Origin: Spirochaetia bacterium
GTDB lineage: Bacteria > Spirochaetota > Spirochaetia > SZUA-6 > Bin103
Assembly (NCBI GenBank): GCA_965203055.1
Contig: OZ241863.1
Location: forward strand, 544,001 to 608,000
Length of the DNA: 64,000 bases
Direction: 5' to 3'
The position numbers and the translations under genes were made by a program. This document shows positions 1-11,284 of this stretch, piece after piece; position 1 is the first letter of the stretch, and every line of letters starts with the position of its first letter. The notes under the pieces are model-generated. The model was not told where the DNA came from. It ran no database searches and worked only from the letters and a program-made list of their open reading frames with translations.

Positions 1-49
1 CCGGGCCGCGCCGGCGCCAGTGGGCGGGCGCCGGGGGCGGGCGCCGGCA

Positions 50-298
50 TCAGCTTCCTTGGGTCTTCAGCTCGGCGGCGTGCTCGCCGATGAAGGCGCG
101 GATGTCGTCGGCCACGTCGAGCAGCCGTTCCCACTGCTCCTTGTAGAGCGTGACCGGGAACCGGCCGAGCCCGTACACCGACACCGCGCCCTTGGCGCTC
201 ACCCTGAGGGTCAGCGGCTTGGACTCGCGCGCCTTCAGGGCGGCGTTCTCCGCCCTGAGCCGCGCCAGTTCCGCCTGCATATCCTTGTCGTCACCCAT
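50..298 (-). CDS. small hypothetical protein (82 aa, N-terminal coiled coil)
   Basis: C-terminal part of ORF 50..1309 from ATG 298: MGDDKDMQAELARLRAENAALK...VSAKGAVSVYGLGRFPVTLYKEQWERLL; AAGGAG upstream. Confidence 0.75.
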   Translation of the reverse strand: MGDDKDMQAELARLRAENAALKARESKPLTLRVSAKGAVSVYGLGRFPVTLYKEQWERLLDVADDIRAFIGEHAAELKTQGS

Positions 299-351
299 GC
301 TCGAACTCTCCTTCGCAGTAGTAGTTGTCGTGCAGGGCGCGCCGCCGCGCC

Positions 352-1491
352 CTACGCCCCGCCTTCGCCGGCGCCGGCGGCGCGCGCCTTCATGGCGCGC
401 ATCTCGGGGTTCAGCGGCACGGCGCGGCCGGGATGGCGGCGCGCCGCGTCGTGCAGCCAGCGCCCCTGGTTGTCGCGCGGCACCGGCAGGCGGGCGGCCA
501 TGGGCGGCGGCTCCGCCGCGGCCGCCGGCTCCGCGGCGTACCAGTACGCCGTCGAAGCCATCTCGTTGGCCAAGTGGTTGCCGTGGCCGTGCTCGATCGT
601 CACCTTGATCTCCCGCCGGAAGCGCACCGGGTTCTCCAGGTGCAGCACGTAGCTGGTCTGGTAGCCGCCGGTGTGGTGCTCGTAGATCGACGAGCCGTTG
701 CGCAGGAAGGCGTTGTCCTGCATGCCCCAGGCGTGGTTCAGGTAATCCTCGCTGCCGGTGCCGTGCAGGTCGGGCGGCCAGCGGTAGCCGTCCACCCAGA
801 TCATGTCGTCGCCCTCGCCCCACCAGGTGCCCTGGAAGTTGGTCACCGACAGGTTGCAGCCCAGATAGTGCCCGCGCCCGCGCGTCTCCAGGATCACGTA
901 GTTGTTGTCCCACGCTTCGCGCCCCCGGTTGACGATGTTGGCCTCCGGGGCGTTGACGCGGATCTCCGGTCCCCAACCGCCGAACGGGTTGGCGCGGCGA
1001 AACTCGGCGTGCAGGTAGCCCGCCTCCGCGCGCGCCGCCGGCAGCCGCTCGTAGTCGAGGTAGAAGTACTGCATGTGTTCTTCGGCGCTCTCGTTGACCA
1101 GCTCCACCAGCGCCCGCCGCCGAAACGGCATCGGCAGGTAGCTGTTCAGCGCGCACCCCTCGTTGAAGCGGTTGTTGGACCTGGTGGAGGCGCTGAACAA
1201 CGCCGACTGGTAGCTGTTGACGATGCCGTGGCCCAGGCCGAAGAAGTCGCCGAGCGGGACCAGCACGCTGGGCGCGGGGGCGTCGTCCCAGGTGATGCGC
1301 AGCAGGCACTCGCGGAAGTGGTTGCGCTGGGTGAACCAGAGATGGGTGATGACGCCGGGGCCTTCCAGGTCGGCGAGCACCCGCGTTTCGCCGGGCGCCA
1401 GCAGCCAGCGGTCCCGGTTGCGCCCGCTGGTGTCCCAGGAGGAGACCCGCCCGGTGCGGCCGTCGGTGATGGTGGCAAGGTGATCGTACAT
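352..1491 (-). CDS. DUF2961 / GH172-family glycoside hydrolase-like protein
   Basis: SSWDTSGRNRD, GPGVITHLWFT, WWGEGDDMIWVDG, GTGSEDY motifs. Confidence 0.85.
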   Translation of the reverse strand: MYDHLATITDGRTGRVSSWDTSGRNRDRWLLAPGETRVLADLEGPGVITHLWFTQRNHFRECLLRITWDDAPAPSVLVPLGDFFGLGHGIVNSYQSALFSASTRSNNRFNEGCALNSYLPMPFRRRALVELVNESAEEHMQYFYLDYERLPAARAEAGYLHAEFRRANPFGGWGPEIRVNAPEANIVNRGREAWDNNYVILETRGRGHYLGCNLSVTNFQGTWWGEGDDMIWVDGYRWPPDLHGTGSEDYLNHAWGMQDNAFLRNGSSIYEHHTGGYQTSYVLHLENPVRFRREIKVTIEHGHGNHLANEMASTAYWYAAEPAAAAEPPPMAARLPVPRDNQGRWLHDAARRHPGRAVPLNPEMRAMKARAAGAGEGGA

Positions 1492-1529
1492 GCGGCGCTA
1501 CTGTACGGCGCGCGGCGCGCGCTCCGCAA

Positions 1530-2357
1530 TCAGCCCATGTAGGAGCCGCCGGCCACGGTCAGCGCGATGCCGGTCAGGTACCCCGCCTCCCGCGACGCCA
1601 GGAACGCCGCCGCCTTGGCGATGTCGGCCGGGTCGGCCAGCCGTCCGAGCGGGATGTCGGCCATCGCCTGCGCGGTGAAGTCGCGTACCGCCGCTGCCGG
1701 CTCCAGGTCGGGGAACGCCGCCTTGGCCAGCGGCGGCAGGCGCTCGGTGGCTACCAGGCCGGGGCACACGGCGTTCACGGTGACCCCCGCCGGACCGAGC
1801 TCCGCGGCCAGCGCCTGGGTGAAGCCGATGACCGCGAACTTCGAGGCGTTGTAAGCGGAGTAGCGGGCGCTGCCGCGCTTGCCCGCCACCGACGACACGT
1901 TGATGATGCGTCCGCCGCCGCCCCGTTCCAGCATGTGCCGGGCCGCGGCGCGCGAGCACAGGAAGGTGCCGCGGATGTTGACCCGCTGCACCGCGTCCCA
2001 CAGATCCACTTCCAGTTCCGCCACCGGCACCCGGTCGCCGCCCACCAGGGTGCCGGCGTTATTCACCAGAATGTCGACGCGGCCCATGGCGGCCAGCGCG
2101 TCGGCCATCATGCGCTCCACCTGCCGCGCATCCCCAACGGCCGCCACCACGCTGGCCGCGCGGCGCCCCAGCGCTTCGACCTCGGCCACCACCGCGGGCA
2201 GACCGCCCCACTCGGCGTCGGCGTAGGGCCGGTCGGCGAAGTCGTTGACCACCACGTCGGCGCCCTCCTGCGCCAAGCGCAGGGCGATGGCGCGGCCAAT
2301 GCCGCGCTCCCCCCCGGCCCCGGTAACCAGCGCCACCTGCCCGCTCAAGTCATACAT
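1530..2357 (-). CDS. SDR-family oxidoreductase
   Basis: TGAGGERGIG, NNAG, YNASK catalytic motif. Confidence 0.9.
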   Translation of the reverse strand: MYDLSGQVALVTGAGGERGIGRAIALRLAQEGADVVVNDFADRPYADAEWGGLPAVVAEVEALGRRAASVVAAVGDARQVERMMADALAAMGRVDILVNNAGTLVGGDRVPVAELEVDLWDAVQRVNIRGTFLCSRAAARHMLERGGGGRIINVSSVAGKRGSARYSAYNASKFAVIGFTQALAAELGPAGVTVNAVCPGLVATERLPPLAKAAFPDLEPAAAVRDFTAQAMADIPLGRLADPADIAKAAAFLASREAGYLTGIALTVAGGSYMG

Positions 2358-2450
2358 GTGCTATCCTCCCCGGCGTCCATCGTTGTGCCCTGCCACGCTA
2401 CCGGCGCCGATAACCGTGGTCAACCGCCGTCCTTGAGGAAAGAGGAAATC

Positions 2451-5400
2451 TTGCCGCGAATCCTGGACAACCTGAGCTCCGACGCCACGTTGCTGGCGGC
2501 CCTCGGCAGCACGCTGGGCTTGTCCGAGCGGGCCGACTTCTGCGTAGGCTACTTCAATTTGCGCGGGTGGAAGCACGTCGATCGATACGTGGACCGGTGG
2601 ACGGAGGAGGGCCAGCGGGCGCGCATCCTCATCGGCATGCAGCGACTCCCGCACGATCAGTTGCGCGATGCTCTCAGCCCGCTTGACGAACCACGCGTCG
2701 ACAACCGCACCGCGCTCCTGCTGAAGCAGCAGCTCGCCGAGCAGTTACGCGACCAACTGGTCCTTGGCATGCCGACCAACGCCGACGAAGCGGCCCTGCG
2801 GCGGCTGGCCCGGCAACTACGGGCGGGCAAGGTAGTGGTCAAGCTCTTTCTGAGGCATCCGCTCCACGCCAAACTGTACCTCTGCTTCCGCGACGATCCG
2901 GTCTGCCCGATCGTGGGGTATCTCGGCAGCAGCAATCTCACGTTCTCGGGGTTGTCAGGCCAGGGCGAGTTGAACGTCGACGTGCTCGACCAGGATGCGT
3001 GCGGCAAGCTGAGCCAGTGGTTCGAGGACCGCTGGAACGACCGCTACTGCACCGACGTCACGCAGGAATTGATCTCGATCATCGAGGAGAGTTGGGCGCG
3101 GCGCGAGCTGATTCCGCCCTATCACGTCTATCTCAAGATGGCGTATCACCTCTCTCATGAAGCCCGCGCCGGCTTGGCCGAGTTCAGGATTCCAAGAGAC
3201 TTCGGCGATCGGCTGTTCGAGTTCCAGACGGCGGCGGTCAAGATTGCCGCGCACCATCTGAACAAGCGCGGCGGCGTGCTCATCGGGGACGTAGTGGGAT
3301 TGGGCAAGACCCTGATGGCCACCGCCGTCGCCCGCATCTTCGAGGACGACTACGGTCTCGAAACGCTGATCCTGTGCCCGAAGAACTTGGTGCGCATGTG
3401 GGAGCACTACGCGCACGAGTACCGACTGCGCGCGCGGGTGCTGTCGCACAGCATGGTCATCGCCGAGCTGCCTGATCTGCGCCGCTACCGGTTGGTGGTC
3501 ATCGATGAGAGTCACAACCTCCGCAACCGCGAAGGCCGGCGCTACCGGGCCATCCGGGAGTACCTTCACGGCAACGACAGCAAGGTGATTCTGCTGTCCG
3601 CCACACCCTATAACAAGACCTACGTCGATCTTTCCAATCAACTGCGCCTGTTCGTCGATGATGAAGAGGATCTTGGCATCCGGCCGGAGCGGTTGCTGCG
3701 CCAGCTGGGGGACGTGGAGTTCAGCCGGCGGTTCCAGGCGTCGCCCCGCTCGCTGGCGGCGTTCGATCGCAGCCCGCATGCCGACGATTGGTGCGACCTG
3801 ATGCGGCGCTACCTGGTGCGCCGGACCCGCCGTTTCATTCAGGACAACTACGCGCAGACCGACCCGGACAGCGGCCGCAAGTTCCTGATCTACGAAGATG
3901 GCAGCCGGTCATACTTCCCCGCGCGGACGCCCAAGACCATCAAGTTCACCATCGACGAGTCAGACCCGAACGATCAGTACGCGCGCCTCTACGCGCCGGG
4001 CGTCGTTACCACGATCAATTCGCTGCATCTCCCTCGCTACGGATTGGCGAACTATCTTTCCGACTCCCCGGATACGCCGCCCACACCCGCCGAGGAACGA
4101 CATGTCAAGGACCTCTCGCGCGCCGGCAAGCGACTGATGGGATTCTGCAGAACCAACCTCTTCAAGCGCCTCGAGAGCAGCGGAGCGGCGTTCCTGCAGT
4201 CGGTGGAGCGTCACGTGCTGCGCAACTACGTATTCCTCCACGCGCTGCGATCCGGACTGCCGCTGCCGATAGGAACGCAGGATGCCGCGCTGCTCGACCC
4301 GCGTTTCACCGACGCGGATGCCGACGCCGGGCAGGCTGCGTTCGCGGACCCCGACGGCGAACAGGAGCAGGCCCACACCGCGGAACGCTTCGAGCAGCGC
4401 GCCGCCGAGGTCTACGCCCGATACCACGCCGATTATCGGGGGCGGTTCCGCTGGCTGCCGTCGTACCTCTTCGCCGTCGATTCCCTGCAACGGCAACTCG
4501 AGGCGGACTCCGCGGCGCTGCTCGGCATCCTCCGGGCGCACGGGACCTGGAACGCGGTATACGACGCCAAGCTGCGCGCCCTCCATACCCTGCTGACCGA
4601 GACGTTTCCGGACCGAAAAGTGCTGGTCTTCTCGCAGTTCGCGGATACCGTGCGCTACCTCGAAGCGCAGCTCGGACGCATGCGCGTGGACGCCATGGCC
4701 GGCGTGACCGGCGACGCGGATGATCCGACGGAGTTCGCGGGGCGGTTCAGCCCGGTGAGCAACGGGAGTCCGCTCGAAGACGCGCCGGGGCAGGAACTCC
4801 GGGTCCTGATCGCGACCGACGTGTTGAGCGAAGGGCAGAACCTGCAGGACTGCTCCATCGTCGTGAACTACGACTTGCCGTGGGCGATTATCCGACTCAT
4901 TCAACGCGCCGGCCGTGTCGACCGCATCGGTCAGAATGCGCAGGAGATACTGTGCCATTCCTTTCTGCCCGCCGAGGGCGTCGAGCGCATCATCACGCTG
5001 CGCAAGCGAGTGCGGGAGCGGCTCAAGGAGAACGCCGAAGTGGTGGGCGCCGACGAAGCGTTCTTCGAGGACGAGGCCGATCACCGGACCATTCTGAACC
5101 TGTACCACGAGCGTGCCGGAATCCTGGACGGCGACGCCGACGGCGAGGTCGATCTCGCTTCCCACGCCTTGCAGATATGGAAGAACGCCATCGACCGCGA
5201 TCCCGGCCTGGAGCACACGGTCGCCGCCCTCCCAGACGTGGTGTTCTCGTCGCGCGCGCACGAGCCGACCGAATCGCGGCCTGAAGGAGTCCTGCTGTTC
5301 ATGCGCACCCAGGACGGTAACGACGCGCTCGCCTACGTCGGAGGAGACAGCGCCAGCATCACCGAATCGCCGTTGGAGATCCTCTCCGCCGCCCAGTGCC

Positions 5401-5831
5401 TGCCGGACACGCCGGCGCAGCCTCGCCACGAGCGTCATCACCAACTCGTCGCCGCGGGCGTGAAGCACGTCGCCGCCGAGGAGAAGCGGGTAGGCGGCCA
5501 GTTGGGGCGGCCCACCGGCGCGCGATTTCGCACCTATACTCGGCTCAAGGCGTACGCCGACTCGGTCAAAGGGCAGTTGTTCGACGTCCCCGAACTGCAC
5601 CGCGCGCTTGATGACATCTATCGCTATCCGCTGCGGCAATCGGCGGCCGATGCCCTGAACCGGCAGTTGCGCAGTGGTATCGACGACGCCGCGCTGGCGG
5701 AATTGGTGATTGCGTTTCGCGACGACGACCGCCTGTGCCTGACCGGGGAGGATGATGCCGAGACCCGCGAGCCGCGTATCATCTGCTCGCTGGGGCTGCA
5801 CCGCGCCGCACCGCAAGCGCCGGCCGACTGA
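2451..5831 (+). CDS. PLD (NgoFVII-like) nuclease fused to SNF2-type helicase
   Basis: TTG start after GAGG (MPRILDNL); HAKLY...GSSNLT PLD motif; DVVGLGKT, DESH, SATP, DVLSEGQNLQ, QRAGRVDRIG helicase motifs. Confidence 0.88.
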   Translation: MPRILDNLSSDATLLAALGSTLGLSERADFCVGYFNLRGWKHVDRYVDRWTEEGQRARILIGMQRLPHDQLRDALSPLDEPRVDNRTALLLKQQLAEQLRDQLVLGMPTNADEAALRRLARQLRAGKVVVKLFLRHPLHAKLYLCFRDDPVCPIVGYLGSSNLTFSGLSGQGELNVDVLDQDACGKLSQWFEDRWNDRYCTDVTQELISIIEESWARRELIPPYHVYLKMAYHLSHEARAGLAEFRIPRDFGDRLFEFQTAAVKIAAHHLNKRGGVLIGDVVGLGKTLMATAVARIFEDDYGLETLILCPKNLVRMWEHYAHEYRLRARVLSHSMVIAELPDLRRYRLVVIDESHNLRNREGRRYRAIREYLHGNDSKVILLSATPYNKTYVDLSNQLRLFVDDEEDLGIRPERLLRQLGDVEFSRRFQASPRSLAAFDRSPHADDWCDLMRRYLVRRTRRFIQDNYAQTDPDSGRKFLIYEDGSRSYFPARTPKTIKFTIDESDPNDQYARLYAPGVVTTINSLHLPRYGLANYLSDSPDTPPTPAEERHVKDLSRAGKRLMGFCRTNLFKRLESSGAAFLQSVERHVLRNYVFLHALRSGLPLPIGTQDAALLDPRFTDADADAGQAAFADPDGEQEQAHTAERFEQRAAEVYARYHADYRGRFRWLPSYLFAVDSLQRQLEADSAALLGILRAHGTWNAVYDAKLRALHTLLTETFPDRKVLVFSQFADTVRYLEAQLGRMRVDAMAGVTGDADDPTEFAGRFSPVSNGSPLEDAPGQELRVLIATDVLSEGQNLQDCSIVVNYDLPWAIIRLIQRAGRVDRIGQNAQEILCHSFLPAEGVERIITLRKRVRERLKENAEVVGADEAFFEDEADHRTILNLYHERAGILDGDADGEVDLASHALQIWKNAIDRDPGLEHTVAALPDVVFSSRAHEPTESRPEGVLLFMRTQDGNDALAYVGGDSASITESPLEILSAAQCLPDTPAQPRHERHHQLVAAGVKHVAAEEKRVGGQLGRPTGARFRTYTRLKAYADSVKGQLFDVPELHRALDDIYRYPLRQSAADALNRQLRSGIDDAALAELVIAFRDDDRLCLTGEDDAETREPRIICSLGLHRAAPQAPAD

Positions 5832-8800
5832 TGACACCCGGCGTCGAGCAACTCCGTCCCTACCTCCACGCATTCGACTTTCATCGAGAGCCTCGGCTGG
5901 AACCATTACCGCGGCAGTCCGGTTCAGGCTGCCGCGCCGGACGGGCACGACTACTCGTTGCGCCCGCTGGCGGAGAAGGCCGGGTTCGTCATCTATCTCT
6001 GCAGCCCCGACGCCGCCGGCGGCGTGCCGCCCTATCCCGTGCGCCGCAAGATCGAGCGCGACGTCGCCAAGCTGGCCTTCGAGCACCTGATCATATTCGT
6101 CGACGCTGCCGGGACCACGCAGGTGTGGCAGTGGGTCAAGCGGGAGAGCGGTACCCCTGCCGTCTGCCGCGAACACGCGTTCCGGGCCGGGCAGAGCGGC
6201 GACCCGTTGCTGCAACGCCTGCGCACGCTCGCGTTCAGCCTGGACGAGGAAGCAGGACTGAGCATCCCGGTGGTGGCGGACCGCGTACGGCAGGCGATGG
6301 ACGTGGAGCGGCTGACCAGGCGTTTCTACGAACGGTTCCGGAAGGAGTTGTCCGCCTTCTCGGAGTTCATCGACGGCATCGAGGCGCACGGCGACCGCGC
6401 GTGGTACGCCTCGCTGATGCTGAACCGCATGATGTTCGTGTACTTCGTGCAGAAGCAGGGCTTCCTCGACGATGATCCCGACTACTTGCGCAATCGCCTG
6501 GCGATGGTTCAGGGTCTGCAACGCAGTAACGGCGATAGCCGCGACGGCCGCTTCCACCGGTTCTATCGCTTCTTTTTGCGCCGGTTGTTCCACGAGGGGC
6601 TGGGCCAACCCGAGGCCGAGCGCGCGCCGGAGCTGGTCGCGCTGATGGGCAGGATTCCGTTCCTCAACGGCGGCCTGTTCGAGGTGCACGATCTGGAACG
6701 CGACTATCCCGAGATCGACATCCCGGACGAGGCGTTCGCACGAGTATTCGAGTTCTTCGACGGCTACCGCTGGCACCTCGACGAGCGCCCCAGTCGCGCG
6801 GACAATGAGATCAACCCGGACGTACTCGGCTACATCTTCGAAAAGTACGTCAACCAGAAGCAGATGGGCGCCTACTACACGAAGGAGGACGTCACCGGGT
6901 ACATGGCGCGCAACACGGTGATTCCGTTCCTGTTCGACGCGGCGCGCAAGAAGTGCCCGGTGGCGTTCCAACCCGGCGGCGGGGTCTGGCGCCTGCTGCA
7001 GGATGACCCCGACCGGTATATCCACCCGCCGGCGGCGGAGGCTGGCGCCATTGCGCTGCGGGACCGGCGGCGGTACGCCGAGGTGCGCGCGAAGCTGGTG
7101 TCCGGCGAAGTTCGCACGGTCAATGACCTGATCACGCTGAACCTCGACATCGATCGCTTCGTCCACGATGCCATCGTGCGCAGCGAAGGGCCGGAGCTGC
7201 TGCGCGCGTTCTGGCAGGCCATGCGCGACGTTTCCGTGTTGGACCCGACCTGCGGGTCAGGCGCCTTCCTGTTCGCTGCGCTGACGATCCTCGAACCGTT
7301 GTACGCCGCCTGCCTCGAAGGAATGCGGGGGTTCCTCGACGACCTGCAGCGCACCGGGCGGCCGCATCACCCCCGCGCGCTGCAGGACTTTCGCGATGTG
7401 CTCGCCCAGGTCGACCGCCACCCCAGCGTCCGCTACTTCATTCTCAAGTCGATCGTCCTGAACAATTTGTACGGCGTGGACATCATGGAAGAGGCGGTCG
7501 AGATCTGCAAGCTGCGCCTGTTCCTGAAGCTGGTCGCGCAGTTGGAGCGCTACGATCAGATCGAGCCGCTGCCGGACATCGACTTCAACATCCGCACCGG
7601 CAACACGCTGGTGGGATTCACTTCGTTGGAGGCCGTCCGCCGCGCTATCAGCATGGACGGGGAGCAGGTTCGGGCGCTGTACGGAGAAGACCACGCTACT
7701 CTGGAGCGCATCGCCGAAACGGCCGAGATCGCCAGCCGCGCGTTCGACCAGTTCAGAATGCAGCAGACTGCCTTGGGCGGCTCCGTGACCGCCGCCGACA
7801 AGGCCAACCTGCGCCGCCGGCTGGATGCTCTGGACGCTGAGCTGAACCGCTTCCTGGCGAAAGAGTACGGCATCAAGCCTGCAGGGCGCCGCTACGACGC
7901 CTGGCGCGCCAGCCACCGCCCGTTCCACTGGTTCGTGGAGTTCTACGGCATCATGAACCGCGGCGGGTTCGACGTGGTCATCGGCAACCCGCCGTACGTA
8001 GCGAAGCGCACCGTTGCCAAGGTCTATCGATTGAAGGGGTTCGGTACCGGCGATTGTCCGGACATCTATGCGCCGGTTCTGGAGCGGAGCATCCACGTGT
8101 GCCGCGCCGGTGGCCGCATCAGCATGATCGTTCCGTTGAGCTTGACCTTCAGTTCCGGCTTTGCGCCATTGCGCACGCTGATATACGAGAGTGCGGAGCG
8201 CGGCTGGTTTTCGTCGTTCGGCCGGATTCCCTCCGCGCTGTTCTCATTCGACACCCGAGTTCGCAACACGATCTTCCTCGGACACAAGGGGCGTGCCCGC
8301 ACCACCGCTCGACGGTTCTTCACGACTCGGCTGCATCGCTGGTTCGACACCGAGCGGGCTACCCTGTTCGAACGCATGTCCTACTCAGAGTTTCTGCCGG
8401 CGCCGTTTGGCGGACTGGTTCCAAAGCTCGACAGCCCGCGGCTGATGCGGGCGTTCGAGAATCTGCTCACGAGCGGCGACTATCGTCTGAAGAGCGACTT
8501 GGCGCCATCGGCGGCCGCCGGCTATCCGCTGCATTTCAAGCAGACCGCCTACAACTGGTTGACGTTCTGCATCGAGAAGCCGCCCGCATCTGACCTTGAT
8601 GGTCATCCGGTACCTCAGACTAAGTACGGAACGGTACAATTCCTGCACGAAGAACAGCGCGATCTTTCATTGATCCTGGCCAACGGACTACTGATGTTTA
8701 CGTGGTGGATTCTCGCAGGAGACGACTTCGACGTGACCAGGGGTAACGTTGCATCAACTCCGTTTGGTCCCGGTCAACTCTCCGCGGAGCAGCAGGCGCT

Positions 8801-9032
8801 CGCACTGAGTTTGCGCCCCGAGCTGGAGGAGGAAATGCGCCGGAACCTGGTGTTCAAGCGCAATGCCGGCAAGAATATCGGCAACTACAACCTGGCCCGC
8901 TGCCGGCGCGTCACCGACGAGGCGGACCGGATCTGGCTCCACGCACTAGGTCTGGACGAACTATGGGAGGACCTGGCGACTGAACACGCGTTGGTGGTCA
9001 GGACGTCGTTCGACGACGAGAGCGCCGGGTAG
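5831..9032 (+). CDS. Eco57I/type IIG-like adenine DNA methyltransferase with a frameshift near the 5' end
   Basis: YIFEKY, GAYYT, LDPTCGSGAF, YGVDI, VIGNPPY; ATG at 5831 overlaps the helicase stop, but the long frame (5958 ORF) is shifted at ~5880. Confidence 0.85.
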
Positions 9033-9045
9033 AGTAGGGTAGACA

Positions 9046-9663
9046 ATGGTGCCAAGACGCTACGAACCTGGAGCGCCGGAGACTCCGAAGGCGTTACGGC
9101 GTTGGTTCGAGAGCGGGCACTCGGGCGCGGTCACGGCGCAGGGCGACGTCCGCATACTCGACGGCGCGCTCACCGGCTTCTTCTGCTCGGTCCGCTGCCC
9201 CGGCGACATCATTCTGCGCGTCTACGACCTCGCTCGCGAGCTGCGCAATACGGAACGAACGTTCATCGGCGGATTCCAGACGCCGCTGGAGAAGGAGTTC
9301 CTCGATCTGCTGCTGCGCGGCTCGGCCCGCGTCGTCGTGTGCCCGGCGCGCAGCATCGAGCACATGCGCATCCCGCAGGAGTGGCGGCCGCCGATCCGCG
9401 CCGGCCGGCTGCTGATCCTGTCTGCGTTCGACCGCGCGCACCGGCGCCCGACGGCCGCGCTCGCCGCGCAGCGCAACGACCTCCTGGCGGTGCTCGCAGT
9501 CGACCTCTTCATCCCCTACGCCGCCCCGGAGGGCAGAACCGAAGCCTTGGCCCGCAAGCTCGCGGCGGCGGGGAAGCCGGTCATCACCGTGGACAGCCCG
9601 TCCAACGCGAATCTGCTCACCTTGGGCGCGCGCCGCCACCCGGCCCCCGGCCACCCTGCCTGA
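9046..9663 (+). CDS. short DprA/SMF-like Rossmann-fold protein
   Basis: FFCSVRCPG, GGFQTPLEKE, LAAQRNDLLAVLA pattern. Confidence 0.7.
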   Translation: MVPRRYEPGAPETPKALRRWFESGHSGAVTAQGDVRILDGALTGFFCSVRCPGDIILRVYDLARELRNTERTFIGGFQTPLEKEFLDLLLRGSARVVVCPARSIEHMRIPQEWRPPIRAGRLLILSAFDRAHRRPTAALAAQRNDLLAVLAVDLFIPYAAPEGRTEALARKLAAAGKPVITVDSPSNANLLTLGARRHPAPGHPA

Positions 9664-9751
9664 CGCGAACGACAAGCAAGCGCTCAGTTGAGTATGCTGG
9701 CCGCGGGGCCGCGGCCAGCTTCAGGCAGCAGTGCTCCGGGGAGAACTCGAC

Positions 9752-11197
9752 ATGCAATCGCCGGCCGCCGCGCGGCGGCCCAACATCCTGTGGGTGATGT
9801 GCGACCAGCTTCGGGGGGACGCCCTGGGCTGCACCGGCGGGGGCTACGTCCACACCCCGCGCCTGGACGAGCTGGCGCGCCGCGGCACGCTGCTGCGCAA
9901 CGCCTACTGCGCCTCTCCGGTGTGCTCGCCGGCGCGGGCGAGCTGGCTTACCGGCCTCTATCCCCACGCCACCGGCCAGTGGATCAACTACGGCCCGGAG
10001 CGCGCCGCGGCGCCCGGCGGGAAGCTGCGCGCCGACGCGGTCACCATCGGCGACGTGCTGGCCGGCGCCGGCTACCGTTGCGCCAACGTCGGCGTCTGGC
10101 ACCTCGGCGACGACGAGCGGCCGCAACACGGCTTCACGCACGGCTGGCACACCTATCGTTACTATCGCACGGCGGACGATCCGCTGGTGCGCTACTTCGC
10201 GGCCCAGGGGGTGGAAAACCTCTACCGCCGCGGCGCCCCGGGGGTGATCCGCTACGGGCCCAACACGCTGCCCTTCGGGACCATCGAGGATCCGCGCCAG
10301 CAGCGCACCACCTGGACCGTGGACCGCGCCATCGAGGTGCTCGACCGACTCGCCGGCGAACCCTTCTTCCTGCTGTGCGGGGTGAAGGACCCGCACCCCG
10401 AGATGCTGGTGGCGCCGGAACTGCTGGAGCGCTACCCGGGGCGGTCGATCCCGCTCCCGGCGTCCCGCGGCGACCAGCTGGCCGGCAAGCCGGCGTTCCA
10501 GCGCCGCGCCAAGTTCCGCATTCCCCCCGGCTCCCTCGACGACCACCGCTACCGCCGCATGCTGGCGCACTACTACGCCCTGGTGACCCACGTCGACGCC
10601 GAAGTGGGCCGGCTGCTGGACCACCTGCAGCGGCTCGGCGTGCGCGACGACACCCTGGTGGTGTTCAGCAGCGACCACGGCGAGATGCTGGGCGAGCACG
10701 GGTTCGTGGAGAAGTGCCTGATGTATGAGGCATCGGTGCGGGTGCCCTGCATCCTGTCGTGGCCGGCCGGGCTGCCCGCCGGGCAGGAGGTGCAGTGCCC
10801 GGTCGGCGGCGTGGACCTGATGCCGACCCTGCTGGAGCTGGCCGCGGCGCCGCTGCCCGGCCCGCTCGACGGGCGCTCGCTGGCGGCGCCGCTGCGGCGC
10901 GGCGAGGAGCCGGAGCCGGCCCCGGTGCTGGCCGAGATCGCCAGCCAGGACGCCATCTACGGCGGCAGCCGCGCGCCGGAGCAGCTCGCCGCCCACGTCA
11001 TGCTGCGCGCCGGCGACTGGAAGTACGTCCGCAACCGTCACGACATCGACGAGTTGTACGACTTGGCAGCCGACCCGGGCGAGCAGCGCAACCTGGCCGC
11101 GCACCCGGCGCAGGCGGCGCGGGTGGCGGAGCTGCGCCGCCGGATCGCGGCCCTGGTGCGCGTCACCGGTCCCGGCCCCTACGCCTGGTGCGCGTGA
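9752..11197 (+). CDS. sulfatase
   Basis: RPNILWVMCDQLR, CSPARAS (formylglycine motif), SDHGE. Confidence 0.92.
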   Translation: MQSPAAARRPNILWVMCDQLRGDALGCTGGGYVHTPRLDELARRGTLLRNAYCASPVCSPARASWLTGLYPHATGQWINYGPERAAAPGGKLRADAVTIGDVLAGAGYRCANVGVWHLGDDERPQHGFTHGWHTYRYYRTADDPLVRYFAAQGVENLYRRGAPGVIRYGPNTLPFGTIEDPRQQRTTWTVDRAIEVLDRLAGEPFFLLCGVKDPHPEMLVAPELLERYPGRSIPLPASRGDQLAGKPAFQRRAKFRIPPGSLDDHRYRRMLAHYYALVTHVDAEVGRLLDHLQRLGVRDDTLVVFSSDHGEMLGEHGFVEKCLMYEASVRVPCILSWPAGLPAGQEVQCPVGGVDLMPTLLELAAAPLPGPLDGRSLAAPLRRGEEPEPAPVLAEIASQDAIYGGSRAPEQLAAHVMLRAGDWKYVRNRHDIDELYDLAADPGEQRNLAAHPAQAARVAELRRRIAALVRVTGPGPYAWCA

Positions 11198-11284
11198 CCT
11201 GCCGGACCGGCGTGACCCGCCGCGGCGGCGCGTTGCGCGGCGCCGCCCGCTGTGGCACCATCGCGCCATGAAGCGAGGCTCCGA

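Noticed and set aside
3960..7166. 1068-aa minus-strand ORF and many similar long shadow ORFs
   Set aside because: Antisense to motif-bearing genes; a high-GC artefact.
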